This document shows, in pieces, positions 12,811-25,600 of a stretch of 64,000 nt of DNA (position 1 is the stretch's first letter; every line of letters starts with the position of its first letter). Below the pieces are notes generated by a model that was given only the letters and a program-made list of their open reading frames with translations, did not search any database and was not told the DNA's origin. The DNA comes from Selaginella moellendorffii (Eukaryota; Plantae; Lycopodiophyta). The translations under genes and the position numbers were made by a program. The stretch lies in assembly GCF_000143415.4 (NCBI RefSeq), contig NW_003314265.1, forward strand, positions 200,405 to 264,404. Reading direction: 5' to 3'.

Positions 12811-15103
12811 TCATCCCCTCCTCTTGGAATAATAGAAAACCATCAGGGTTCTCTTATAGACAGGCCGAGATCTGGAAGAACGTTAAGAGGAGGCATCGGT
12901 GGATCTGTAAGGGGTATTAATTGCTCCTGATCCCTTTGTATGAAGCATTTCAACCGTTGCACATGCACAATATCTAGAGGATTAGCTTGCTTGACGTCAT
13001 GCCAAACTTCGTAAACTTGTGGTCTAACTTGCTGCAACACCTGATACAATCCTTTCCACTATGCAAGGAGCCTCTTAGATAAACTACATATCATAACATG
13101 GGGAAATTTATAGACTAACACTAAATCATCCATTTTGTACTCTGCAGGTGGATGATGATGGGAGTTGTAGTGTTATTGTTGTCCCACTTGTACGTGGCTT
13201 AAGTGTTCGGCAGATTCTGCTCGGACAAGTGGAAGAATACTTATCAAATACCGATCCCATGACCTAGCATCAGTAGCTCATGGCAATCATAAAGGTAAAC
13301 CAAGCTCTGTTAGTAATATTGGATCATGACCATATAGGAATTTATATAGTGAAGCACCAACAAAACTCTACACCTCTGTGACATATGCATACTAAATAAG
13401 TGACAAATAACCATCCCAATTCGAATGCTAAAAGTTCACATACTTCGCAATCATCCCTTTGAATGTTCGAATGGGCCGTTCTACCAAACCGTTTGATTGT
13501 GGATGATAAGCACTCGTGAAAGTGTGGCGTATCCCCAATAGAGACGTCAAAATATGAAATGCCTCAGCCATAAATGCGGGACCATTATTTGAAAGAATCT
13601 ACTCTTGACAAGAATGCTGGAACACCACTCGATTGAGGAGGAAGTATCCAAGAGCAGTTGCAAAGGCGCTAGCAAGAGCATGAACTTCCACCCAACGACT
13701 CAAGTAGTCAGAAGCAATAATAATATACTCATTACCAGCAGTCGACTGTGGAAAAGGTCCTATAAAATTAAATGCCATCAACTCAAATGGATGAGAAATT
13801 GCAATTGACTCCAACTGTCCTTCTGTGGCACGAAAGGGAGTATTATGAGCTTAGCACCAAACACAGCTACACACATACCAGATAACATCACATCGCATCT
13901 CTGGCAAATAGAAAGACCTACACAACTTCTCAATTACACGACAATGTCCCATATGCCCACCTAAAACTAAAGAATCATGGTAGGCATGGAGAAACTGTGG
14001 AATAAAAACAGAAGGCACCACCAGCCGTAAATGGTCATCAAGATCTGTCCCCACAAAATAAAGAAGGCTGTCTTCAAGGCGGTATTGAGAATATAAATGC
14101 CAGAAAGGCAAGTTATCAGCAAGTGATGCAGGATTCTCAAACCCCTCTCAAAGCCTTTGAATTCACAGCTCAAACTTTTGAGCCTCGCGAACCTCATCAT
14201 GAGAAGGTAGATCTTGCTCTATGCCTTGTGAACACTAAATGTCAAGTACAGCAATTGCCGATGGCATAGAATCTTCGTCTAGAAAATCCACAGATGCTGG
14301 AACAACAGGCTCATCAGAAACATGAGAAGAGAGTGGAGAAGGAAGAGGAGCTTGAAAAAGGGCATCAGCATCAGCCATAGAACTCGCTAGGTGATAAACA
14401 ACATCAAAATCATATATTTAAAGCTTCAAAACCCATCAAGCAGTATGACCAACTAGGTTCTTTCACTTCAATAATGAAGTAATAGCAGCAGGGTCTCATT
14501 CAAGTAATGTCCGTGAACCATATAGATATGCATGAAGTTTCTCAAAACCCCAGACTACTGCTAAACACTCCTTCTTTGTCGTGGAGTAGTTCATCTCTAT
14601 TGGTTGTAATATACGGCTTATATACACAATGGGATGGTGCTGACCAGGCACACTCAAGCTTTCTTGCATCAACACTCCTCCAAGACTAATATTAGAAGCA
14701 TTCACGCGCAAAATAAAAGGTTGAGCGTAGTCAGGATATGCCAAAACCGGAGGAGTCGTCAATAGCCCTTTGAGATCCACGAACGCCCGCTCACAATCCG
14801 AAAACTAGATGAAAGATGACATTGATGACTTCAGCAATGCTCGCAACGGTGCAATAAGATTAGAAAGATGATCCACAAAACGACCGAGATATTGCACCTT
14901 GCCCAAGAAGTGCTGCACATCATTTACACACTTCAGAGTAGGGAACTTTAGAATACCCTTACGAGAAATACAATATCCAAGATAAGTCGTGTCCTTAGAC
15001 CCAAATACGCACTTTTGAAGCCTAATTTTTATATTCAAACTAAGATTCTTCCTTGACTAGAAACTAAAGTGTGTACACAAAGCTTGTCTTTTAAGTATAT
15101 GTA

Positions 15104-16299
15104 GAACTAAGGAAAAGGCTCCGATACCAAATTGTAAGCCACAAATTTTTCCTTTCCGATTTGCCAGCTTACCTCATCTATCCGTCCAACACTGCCTTGG
15201 CTTTTGCTAAGTTCCCTTGCCAAGGTTCCCGCCTATGGTACCAGCCCCTACTTGGTCCTACTTGGTTTCAGCTACTCACTGCACGAGCAACGGAGTGTTA
15301 GCCATCCATCCACGGATACCCAAATCTCTCCTAATCCCCCTCCCCGGGTTAGACTGGACTAAAAGTTCGGCTACACTCCCCGCAAGCACAAGCAACCAAG
15401 CACACCAAGCTTCCAGGTTCCTAACATCCCTTGGTACCACAAGACTTGATTATGGGACCCTCTAAATCCCAAGTCTTGGGTGCAACACTTGCTTCGGGAT
15501 GCCGGGGCGAAACACCGTGGTCTAACGGCCCGGTATGGGTACCTCTACGCCCCCTCTTTCATCCCGAAGGGGAGGTCCAAGCCCCTAAGAAGGGCGAGGA
15601 CCAATAAGCCGTATGGTACTTAGGTGGGGCACCACTCCACATGAGCCGGGAGCACCACAGTCGGTTTCCCTTTCGGGAGTGGGAGCTGCTCTTGAGCACT
15701 TCCTTGGATGGCCCCTCCGGCACCAACCAAGTCCATGCTTACTCCCACCCAAGGCCCCTCGGTCCCAGTCTCAACCTCAAGTCGGTTTGGAAGCCCCGCT
15801 AGAGAGTCCCTTCAAAATTGGTTCCTAGACCTCACTATCCCTACTATACTTTTGGAACCCCCTGCAGCCCCCCCCTGGGAGACGCACGCTTTGGGCTTTC
15901 ACCCCTTGACCCGTATTAGTATTTGGACTCAGTCTCTGGCTTGATCTCGGACTCGATCTCGGATCCGACTTCGGATTCGGTCTCGGACTCGATCTCGGAC
16001 TTGATCTCGAACCTGATCTCAGACCCGACCTCGGACTTGATCTCGGACCTGATCTCGGACCCGACCTCGGATTGACCTCGAACTCGGTCTCAGACCCGAT
16101 TTCGGATCTCGGACTCCGTCTCGAACTCGGTCTCCGAGTTGGCCTCGGACTCGATTCCGGATTCTATCTCGAACTCGGTCTCAGAGTCGGTCTTGGACTC
16201 GATCTTCGACTTGGTCCCATCCGATGAACTCTTTGTCATTTTGGTCATGCTTTCGGGGGTCCTTTATCCTACGACACCTCGGTGAGTTGGTTCCTTACA
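15104..16299 (-). mobile_element. LTR (15133-16299, TGTAAG...CTTACA) plus tRNA-iMet PBS of a second family, inserted into pol of element A
   Basis: Perfect 6-bp inverted termini. ggctccgatacca at ~15118-15129 reads TGGTATCGGAGCC on the minus strand. Host pol sequence resumes at 16300 (matches ~19723). Confidence 0.85.
15940..16220 (-). repeat. 12-bp tandem array (GATCTCGGACTC-like) inside the nested LTR
   Basis: Visible periodicity; reverse-complement relative of the arrays at 1420, 17205 and 20665. Confidence 0.85.
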
Positions 16300-17204
16300 A
16301 AACCTTGATTGAATGAGCATCCTTAATTGGAATTGAATTACGTGTCGCAATTTTGGCCCTAGATGATAGGTTAAATTTAAAGAGATTAGCATATTCTTTC
16401 ATGAGTTGATCAATTGTTGCAACACAAAGACTGTTAGAGGGATCGGAAAAGGGAAGAGTGGAACAAGATAGAAGTATAGAAGGAAGTAGTGGGGAGACAA
16501 AAGTAATGGAAGTAAAGGTAGAAGCAGAAGGATGATGAAGTACAAAAGTGAAAGGAATGAATGAATTATAAGGAAGTATGAGATAAAGGGGAAACACCTC
16601 AAAGTCACACTTGGCATGATTGTGTTGCAACCAATCCATACCAAGGATGAAGTCAAAAGCTTAACTTGGGACCACCTGCAATGACTAGAAAAACTCGAGA
16701 TCACCCACACATATAACTAAGTTTGCCTCATCCCATGCATATGCATGTGTAGAACCGTTGCCATAAAGAATGAAAACTAACTCCACCGCACGATGCAAGT
16801 GTAGATGGCAATGTGTGGCAACAAGTCAAGCAATAAAAGATAAACTTGAATCTGTATCAACCAATACGGAGAGAATAATAGAAAACTTTTTGTTATAAAA
16901 ATGAACTTAGAAAGTAAACACTAGATGAACTGGTGGCAAGTGGTCACTGACTTATTCGCACAAGGTCCCTTTTATGAGACATAAAATCCCTAGGTCCCAA
17001 AGAGGAGCTGAAAGAGTGCCATGTGGTAGTGGCTGAGACGGAAGCCAAACAAGTATAACACATATGGACTAAAATTTTCGACTTGAAAAGTCAAGAGTGG
17101 GACTGAAACTCCCAACAAAGGGCTCAAAGAACGAGCATGAAGCGAGCAATAAGTGAGTCTCTAAAAAAGGGACACAAAAGGACCAACACATGACATGTGG
17201 AAAG

Positions 17205-17545
17205 AGTCCAAGATGGATTCCGAGATGGACCCAAGATGGAGTCCGAGATGGAGTCTAAGATGGAGTTTGAGATGGAGTCCAAGAAGAACCCAAGATGGAC
17301 CCAAGATAGAGTCTAAGATAGAGTCTGAGAAGGACCCTAGATGGAGTCCGAGATGGAGTCCGAGATGGACCCGAGATGGAGTTTGAGATGGACCTGAGAT
17401 GAAGTCTGAGATGGACCCGAGATGGAATTGAGACTGAGACTAAAACCAAAACTGAGACCAAGATCGAGACTGAGACCAAAATTGAGACCAAGATCGAGAC
17501 TGAGTCCGAGTTTGAAACCGAGACCGAGTCCGAGTCTGAGCCCGA
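17205..17545 (+). repeat. 12-bp/6-bp tandem array (duplicate of 20665-21190)
   Basis: Visible AGATGGAGTCCG and GAGACC units. Confidence 0.9.
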
Positions 17546-20372
17546 GCCATAAATGCGAGACCATTATTTGAAAGAATCCGCTCTTGACAAGAATGCTGGA
17601 ACACCACTCGATTGAGGAGGAAGTATCCAAGAGCAGTTGCAAAGGCGCTAGCAAGAGCATGAACTTCCACCTAACGACTCAAGTAGTCAAAAGCAATAAT
17701 AACATACTTATTACCAACAGTCGACTGTGGAAAAGGTCCCATAAAATTAAATGCCACCAACTCAAATGGATGAGAAATTGCAATTAACTCCAACTATCCT
17801 TCTGTGGCATAAGAGGGAGTATTATAAGCTTAGCACCAAACACAGCTACACACATAATATCACATCGCATCTCTGGCAAATAGAAAGACCTACACAACTT
17901 CTCAATTACACGATGATGTCCCATATGCCCACTTAAAATAAAAGAATCATGGTAGGCATGGAGAAACCATGGAATAAAAACAGAAGGCACCACCAGCCGT
18001 AAATGGTCATCAAGATCTGTCCCCACAAAATAAAGAGGACCGTCTTCAAGGCGGTATTGAGAATATAAATGCCAGAAAGGCAAGTTATCAACAAGTGATG
18101 CAAGATTCTCAAACCCCTCTCAAAGCCTTCGAATTCACGGCTCAAACTTTTGAGCCTCGCGAACCTCATCAAGCGAAGGTAGATCTTGCTCTACGCCTTA
18201 TGGACACTGAACTTCAAGTACAGCAACCGCCATCGGCACAAAATCCTTGTCTAGAAAATCCACAGATGCTGGAACAATAGGCTCGTCAGAAACATGAAAA
18301 GAGAGTAGAGAAGGAAGAGGAGCTTGAGAAAGGGCATCAACATTAGCCATAGAACTCCCTGGGTGATGAACAACATCAAAATCATATATCTGAAGCTTCA
18401 AAGCCCACCGAGCAATACGACCAACTAGATTCTTCCGCTTTAATAATGAAGTAACAACAGCATGGTCACCTTCAAGTAACGTTCGAGAACCATGTAGATA
18501 TGCACGAAGTTTCTCGAAACCCCAGACTACTGCTAAACACTCCTTCTCTGTCGTGGAGTAGTTTATCTCCGTTGGTTGTAATGTACGGCTTATATACGCA
18601 ATGGGATGGCACTAACTAGGCACTCTTGAGCTCTCTTGCATTAACACACCTCTAAGACCAATGTCAGAAGCATCCACGTGCAAAATAAAAGGTCAAGTAT
18701 AGTTAGAATATGCCAAAATTGGAGGAGTCGTCAATAGCTCTTTGAGATCCCCGAACGCCCGCTCACAATCCGAAGACTAGATGAAAGATGACATTGATGA
18801 CTTTAGCAATGCTCGCAATGGTGCAATGCGATCAGAAAGATGATCCACAAAACGACCGAGATATTGCACCTTGCCCAGGAAGTGCTGCACATCATTCACA
18901 CACTTCAGAGTAGGGAACTTTAGAATAGCCACAAGTTTATCAGGATCAACTTGCAAACCCTCACGAGAAATACAATATCCAAGATAAGTCGTGTCCTTAG
19001 ACCCAAATACGCACTTTTGAAGCCTAATTTTTATATTCAAACTAAGATTCTTCCTTAACCAGAAACTAAAGTGTGTACACAAAGTTTGTCTTTTAAGTAT
19101 ATGTATGTCACAAGGGTACAAAGGTCACCTTTTAAGCTTTACAAACCTCATCAAGAAAAAGTAAATTCAAGTTTGACTACTTCAACTTTAAATCAACATC
19201 CTATAGCCGATCCAACACTTTACAAACATCACGGACGTGTTCCTCCCATGTCCCCTTTGAGTGGATCAAGACATCATTAATGAAGTCAGTAGTCACCTCC
19301 GGCATATCGCAAAGAACCTCGTCCATCATTTGCTGAAAAGTTGCTAAAGCATTGTTCAAACCAAACAACATTACTAAGAACTCATATAAACCAAACAGTG
19401 TACCAAAATTAGGCTTAGAAATATGCTCTTCTGCCATCAATACTTGGCAGTACCCAAAAGCAAGATTTCACTTAGTGAACCAATGACTTCTTCCTATACG
19501 ATCCAAAAGATCACCAGTGTGAGGAAGAGGGTACACATCCGGGATTGTCACTTTGTTTAACGGACAATAATCGATGTGAAACAAATACTCCCATTAGGCT
19601 TCGTCACAAGATGAGGTTCACATGCCCAAGGATTTCGCGACTTTCGAATAACACCCTTTCCAACATCTCCTTGACGTTTAAATATAAAATCTTGATCTCT
19701 TTGGGTGACTGATAACAAACAGAAACCTTTATTGAATGAGCATCCCCAATTGGAATTGAATTACGTGTCGCAATCTTGCCCCCAGATGATAGGTTAAATT
19801 TAAAAAGATTAGCATATTCTTTCATGAGTTGATCAATTGTTGCAACACAAAGACTATTAGAGGGATCAGAAAAGGGAAGAGTGGAACAAGATAGAAGTAT
19901 ACAAGGAAGTAGTGGGGAGACAAAAGTAATGGAAGCAAAGGTAGAAGCAAAGGGATGATGAAGTACAGAAGTGAGAGGAATGAATGAATTATAAGGAAGT
20001 ATGAGATAAGGGGGAAACACCTCAAAATCACACTTGGCATGATTGTGTTACAACCAATCCATACCAAGGATGAAGTCAAAAGCTTAACTCGGGACCACCT
20101 GCAATGACTGGAAAAACTCGAGATCACCCACACATATAACTAAGTTTGCCTCATCCCATGCATATGCATGTGTAGAACCGTTGCCATAAAGAATGAAAAC
20201 TAGCTCCACCGCACGATGCAAGTGTAGATGGCAATGTGTGGCAACAAGTCAAGCAATAAAAAATAAACTTGAATCTGTATCAACCAACACAGAGAGAATA
20301 ATAGAAGACTTTTTATTATAAAAATGAATTTAGAAAGTAAATACTAGATGAACTGGTGGCAAGTGAACCCCT

Positions 20373-21523
20373 TGATAATACTCCCAAAAGAAAGATGGAG
20401 GGGTCACTAACTTATTCGCACAAGGTCCCTTTTATGAGGCATAAAATCCCTAGGTCCCAAAGAGGAGCTGAAAGGGTGCCATGTGGTAGTGGCTGAGATG
20501 GAAGCCAAACAAGTATAACACATATGGACTAAAATCTTCGACTTGAAAAGTCAAGAGTGGGACTGGAACTCCCAACAAAGGGCTCAAAGAATGAGCACGA
20601 AGTGAGCAATAAGTGAGTCTCTAAAAAAGGAACACAAAAGGACCAACACATAACATGTGGAAGGAGTCCAAGATGGAGTTCGAGATGGACCCAAGATGGA
20701 GTCCAAGATGGAGTCTAAGATGGAGTTTGAGATGGAGTCCAAGATGAACCCAAAATGGACCCGAAATAGAGTCTGAGATATGGACCTGAGATGGACCCGA
20801 GATAGAGTCTAAGATAGAGTCTGAGAAGGACCCTAGATGGAGTCCGAGATGGAGTCCGAGATGGAGTCTGAGATGGACCCGAGATGGAGCTTGAGATGGA
20901 CCTGAGATGAAGTCTGAGATGGACCCGAGATGGAATTGAGACTGAGACTAAGACCAAAACTGAGACCAAGATCGAGACTGAGACCAAAACTGAGACCAAG
21001 ATCGAGACTGAGACCAAAACTGAGACCAAGATCGAGACTGAGACCAAAACTGAGACCAAGATCGAGACTGAGTCCGAGTCTGAAACCAAGACCGAGTCCG
21101 AGTCCGAGTCTAAGCCCAAGCTCGAGTCCAAGCCTGAGTCCGAGTCTAAGTCTGAGTCCGAGCCCGAGTCCGAGTCCGAGTCTAAGTCCGAATATTAATA
21201 CAAGCTGTTGGGTGAAAGCTCAAAGCAATTGTCCTCCGGCAGGGGGGGGGGGGGTGTTGGACCACTGGTGTGACCAAAGTGAATAGGTATGGCCTTAGCG
21301 TAACGGACTGATATATCAGTGGTACCTTAGAGTGTCGATCATGGTATCGGACATATGGAGCACTTGGACAAAGTGCAAATGTTAAGTGGCATGGATGCCA
21401 TTCTCGGGGTTAGCAAGCCCTAAGTCCTGAATCGGACTTATGGAGGTTGTGAATGAAACTCCTTCAAATGGTTAGAGGTATGGTTAAGTGATTAAAGTAA
21501 AATGGAAAAATTAGTCTCTTACA
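20373..21523 (+). mobile_element. Solo-LTR-like insertion with tandem array (20665-21190), lying between gag and protease of element A
   Basis: Ends ...CTTACA like the 15133-16299 LTR and contains gggtgaaagctcaaag. Includes a near-perfect 30-bp higher-order repeat (gactgagaccaaaactgagaccaagatcga x4). Left boundary uncertain. Confidence 0.7.
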
Positions 21524-22696
21524 CCTTTATTACTCACACGATTCCTCGTTTCCCATATGCATCTTGGTGTCTAGACCTTCCACTGTAGTAGCACCAATAA
21601 AACATTATTGATGCTAAGGTCTCCACCCAGGAAATGGAGACTGCCAATCTGGAAAACATCAAGAACACCAATAAGTGTGACCAACTTTATCATATGCCTA
21701 GCAATGAACATCACAGTCACCACCACGTCCTTGCCCTTTTCTTGGACTCGAGTAGCAACAGCATCAACCTCCATTGGAACAGGACCATCACCCACAGGAA
21801 GTGGAATTGAAGGATGTGCAGTGAGAAGTGGAAGAGGCAACATCTCATAATGTTGTGCCAAACAAAGATTATCGTCAAGGGTGGCTAGAGCAAGTGCATG
21901 CACAAGTCTGACAAGATTTTGACGAAGTGCTAGCTATAATATTCCTAGCTTGATCCGCTCTGACATATTTGGCTTTGCACGAAGCAAAAGGCTTCAGAAA
22001 CAAATGCCAAACTACATCACTGACTCAAATGGCCCTTAACAAAGACAATGCATTTGGTAAAAGGCATCATCATAATCATCGGCATGTCCGAATGCATATT
22101 TGAAGACGTTTGGGAGAACACTCCAATCCTCACGAGTGGCTGCACTCAAACCATTGTACCACTGCAGTTCCGTCCCTTGGAGACATGTGGGAAACTCATG
22201 CAAATATCGAGCATCATCCCAAGAATGATATATGGAAATCACTATGAAGTGATCGAACCAATGGTACACATCATCCCCAAGATTCATATGAAAGAACTCC
22301 GGCCGAATGTAAGGATTGGCACCAAGAGCAAGAGGAGTTGTACCATATGCCATGAATGCTTCCATCAACTGAGTTTGGTTGTTCAACTATAATTGCATAG
22401 CATCAAGCAATTGCACTAACTATTGCTCCAAAGTCAAAGGAGGAGGAGACTATTGCTCTACCATGAAGATGAATGAAAAGGAAAGAGCAAAAGAAGAGAA
22501 ATGAAAAAAAAAGCTAAAAGGAAAGGGAAATCTAAATAAAGGCTAGATCTAAACCAAAATCCTAAAAGGAAAGAACAAAAGAAAGGAAATGGAAAAAGCT
22601 AAATCTAAACTAAAATCCTAAATTGAAGCACTTCTCAAAGACAATCAAAAGTGCCCCTCACCTCCACCAATATAAGGGCATGGAATATGGAAAGGG

Positions 22697-25600
22697 TTTT
22701 GAGTAAACTTGAAACTTGTCCTAGAGATTAACTCTTGGTATTAAGGGTGGCTAAAGGTGAAAGCCCAAAGCGTGTATTCCTTAGAGGGGGGGGGAGGGGA
22801 TAGGTAAGTAGATCAGGTATGCTCGACCAACCTAAGGCGAAGTTTTACTCTTGCTTGCGTGCTTGTCCTTGTTCTATGTCCAACTTGGGTCTAAGCCCAA
22901 GTTCCATTTCATGCTAGCTGGTGGAGTACCCACATCCTTGTGTTAGGCCACCAGTATGCTAAAATACGAAATAGCACTAGACTTGTTTGGCTCTGTTTTG
23001 CATATTGGTCCTGGCATTGGGATGCTAGATGCTTTGGAACTATTCCAAGTCACTCCGAGCATTTGTCCCTTCGTTCCTTGGGCTATATGCTCAAGAGCCA
23101 TTTCGTGCTCCAGTGCTATCATTCCTTGGCTCCATGCTAGGAGTTTAGTTCCATTCCTTTGTTCAGTGGCCCAAGGCCCTGAAATTTGGGTTCTGCACCA
23201 CTGTCCTTTGAACATGTGGCATGTGACACATGAGGGTTTAGGTTCTGCTTCGTAGTTATCCTATGGTAAATCACCATAGAATAAAGAGTGACCATATGTG
23301 TTACATTTGGTATCAGATGATGAGTCTCGGCGAATACTATCTAATGAGATTGGGCAACTAGTCTTGTTGCATACATAGATGCAAAGGCTTACATTCGTTC
23401 CTTAGGTATGGATTTTAGTTACCTTTTTGTACCATATTATGTGAGCTTGCTCTTGGGCTCATAAAGTGGAAATTTTGCACGAGTTTGCGCTTGAGCTCGT
23501 AAATGAGGCATATTAGCAACTCGAGGTTACATTTTGAGTTAGCAGGATTAATGTTAGCCTATCGATGGTTACTATGAATTGTTCCATCTACCATGGGTGA
23601 AATTAAACCTTCCTTGGGTTTACTATGAGTGGCAAATAGACTGGTCTATAGCTGTTTAGTATGACACTAATAGATCTTTTCTAGGCATGATTATAAATGG
23701 ATCAATCAAGACTACAAGGATTAGTCTATTAATTCTAGTAGTCATTATTGTGCTCTCTCATAAACTTTTCTTAGATTGGACTAAAGACAGTGCAAATGCA
23801 AGCTTGAGGTTTAGTCAAATATGAGACTGAAAAGAGAGTCATTAGGGATGAAGGATCAAACACGTAAACCATTTTTTATTTTTTTGGAAAGATGATTTGC
23901 AACAAGGTGTGATTCATTGCACATATTCATATTATGCAATGAAGAGTCCCTATCTTGATGCATATTGGTTATGATGGTCTTTGAAATAGTGAGTTATAGG
24001 ATGAATAGTGATGAAGTACTATACCATTTTGTTCAGGCTTGCTATTGAAGACTTATGTTACAATGCTTAATTCGTTTTTGGGGAACTTTGTTATTGCTCC
24101 ATGAATAACTTGGTGTTAAATTAATTTTGAGTTTGGTTAGATAGAGAGTGGTATGAGCTTGTCCGTGTTATAAACAAAAGTTAATGGTGTTGGGTGTTGT
24201 AAATCTCTATTTGTGGAGTGTGGCATTTATATTGCATTTTGTCAAATCGAATTGGCATTTGATAGTCACATAAACTTTTGAAGTAATGACATGGGTGTTG
24301 CTCATGGTGTTGCTCAATTGGTGATCAAGTCATTGTGATTTTTCTATCATATTCATGTGATAGTGAACAATGTGTTTATGAAGTTGCTTGGTTAAACGAT
24401 AATCAAACCCAAAGTGGTTGATAGTGAAGTTAGTCTATTTGCACGTAATAACATTGTAGTAGCTTTGATTGGATTCTCAATAATGATTTATTATATGCTA
24501 AGCTTAAGTTGATTCCTTGATTCCTTGAGTTTGGCTATTGAGGTGTTGGAAAAAGGTTATAGCATTCATTTGCTATGGCTTGTTAGTTTATCCATTAACA
24601 CTTGAAGTAGATTGTTGGATGGAGAAGGTGTGTTGTTAAGGCATTGGCATTTCTAGCACTTGTGTTAATGGAAATTGTATTGTTATTTCAAGTGATGAAG
24701 AATTTTCTTTACACCTTGATTTTTTTATGTCATTTTTCTTGTTAGTATTTTGGCTTTACATTGGATCTTAAAGGTAATTGAAAAAGAGTGTTAGTGCAAT
24801 ATGGATATCTGAAAATATAGTCTTTGTGATCAAGCCTTAGATGTTTATTTTGCATTTAACAGATATCAGTATTAGATGTCAGAAATATGGGCAAAGATAT
24901 TCAAGGCTTAAACATACTATAGGTCTTAAGAATTTGTGTTGAGGTGAATTTATGTGAAGTTGTTAACTTGGTTAATTCTTGAAAGTTTGTATTCCTAGAC
25001 TTAGAGTTATTCTTTTTCTATGATGAAAAATTTTCCATAAATTTTCTTAGGTTTTTCCAATTGTTGATCTGTTGATCACTTTCCCCAAAAACCATTTCAA
25101 TTTCGTAAGCTTACAAACTAGTGAAGGGGTTGGAGTTGACTTCAGTTGGCTTACACGTTAGTAAGTAGTTTGTATAATGCAACCCGAAAGAGATGTTAAC
25201 TTTTAGAGCTAAATTGAGTTGATAAAATCTGAAGTTGGTGTAGAAAAGTGGCTGTTGCACTTTTTTTAAAAGGTGACCTTTGTGCCTTTCTTCTGTAGTA
25301 TTGTGCTTGGTGGCAAGTTCACCTTGCATTTTGTTAAACTCTATAAGAATAATAAGCTCTTATTAATCTTGATTTGGTCTTGGTGGCCCTGCGCCTTGGT
25401 TGAGGATGGTAATGTTCAACTTAGTTGCTTAAGGTTGAAATGTTGATACCCATACTATAGCTTTGTTTATAAGGAGGTTGTGTACCGATATGAGTTTATC
25501 TCATGGTCTTCACTTTAGTTTGAACTGAGTGTTGATCGTGCATAATTAACCTCTTCAAAGGATGCTTAGAGCTATTGGCTAAATGTGTTGATGAGCTTAT

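Larger units (their letters stand above)
12635..22696 (-). mobile_element. Decayed Ty3/gypsy LTR retrotransposon (element A) with internal duplication and nested insertions
   Basis: 3' LTR 12635-12810 (TGTGAG...CTCACA) with PPT aagaggaggggatga at 12811-12825. 5' LTR stub at 22671-22696 and PBS TGGTGGAGGTGAGGGGCA at 22669-22652. Gag (22386-21570), protease (LVDTDS, GMDWL), RT (FGLNNA, FINDVL), RNase H (NYSTTKKECLAVVW) and integrase (GHMGH, SDYLSRWVE) lie in gypsy order, broken by stops and frameshifts. Confidence 0.9.
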
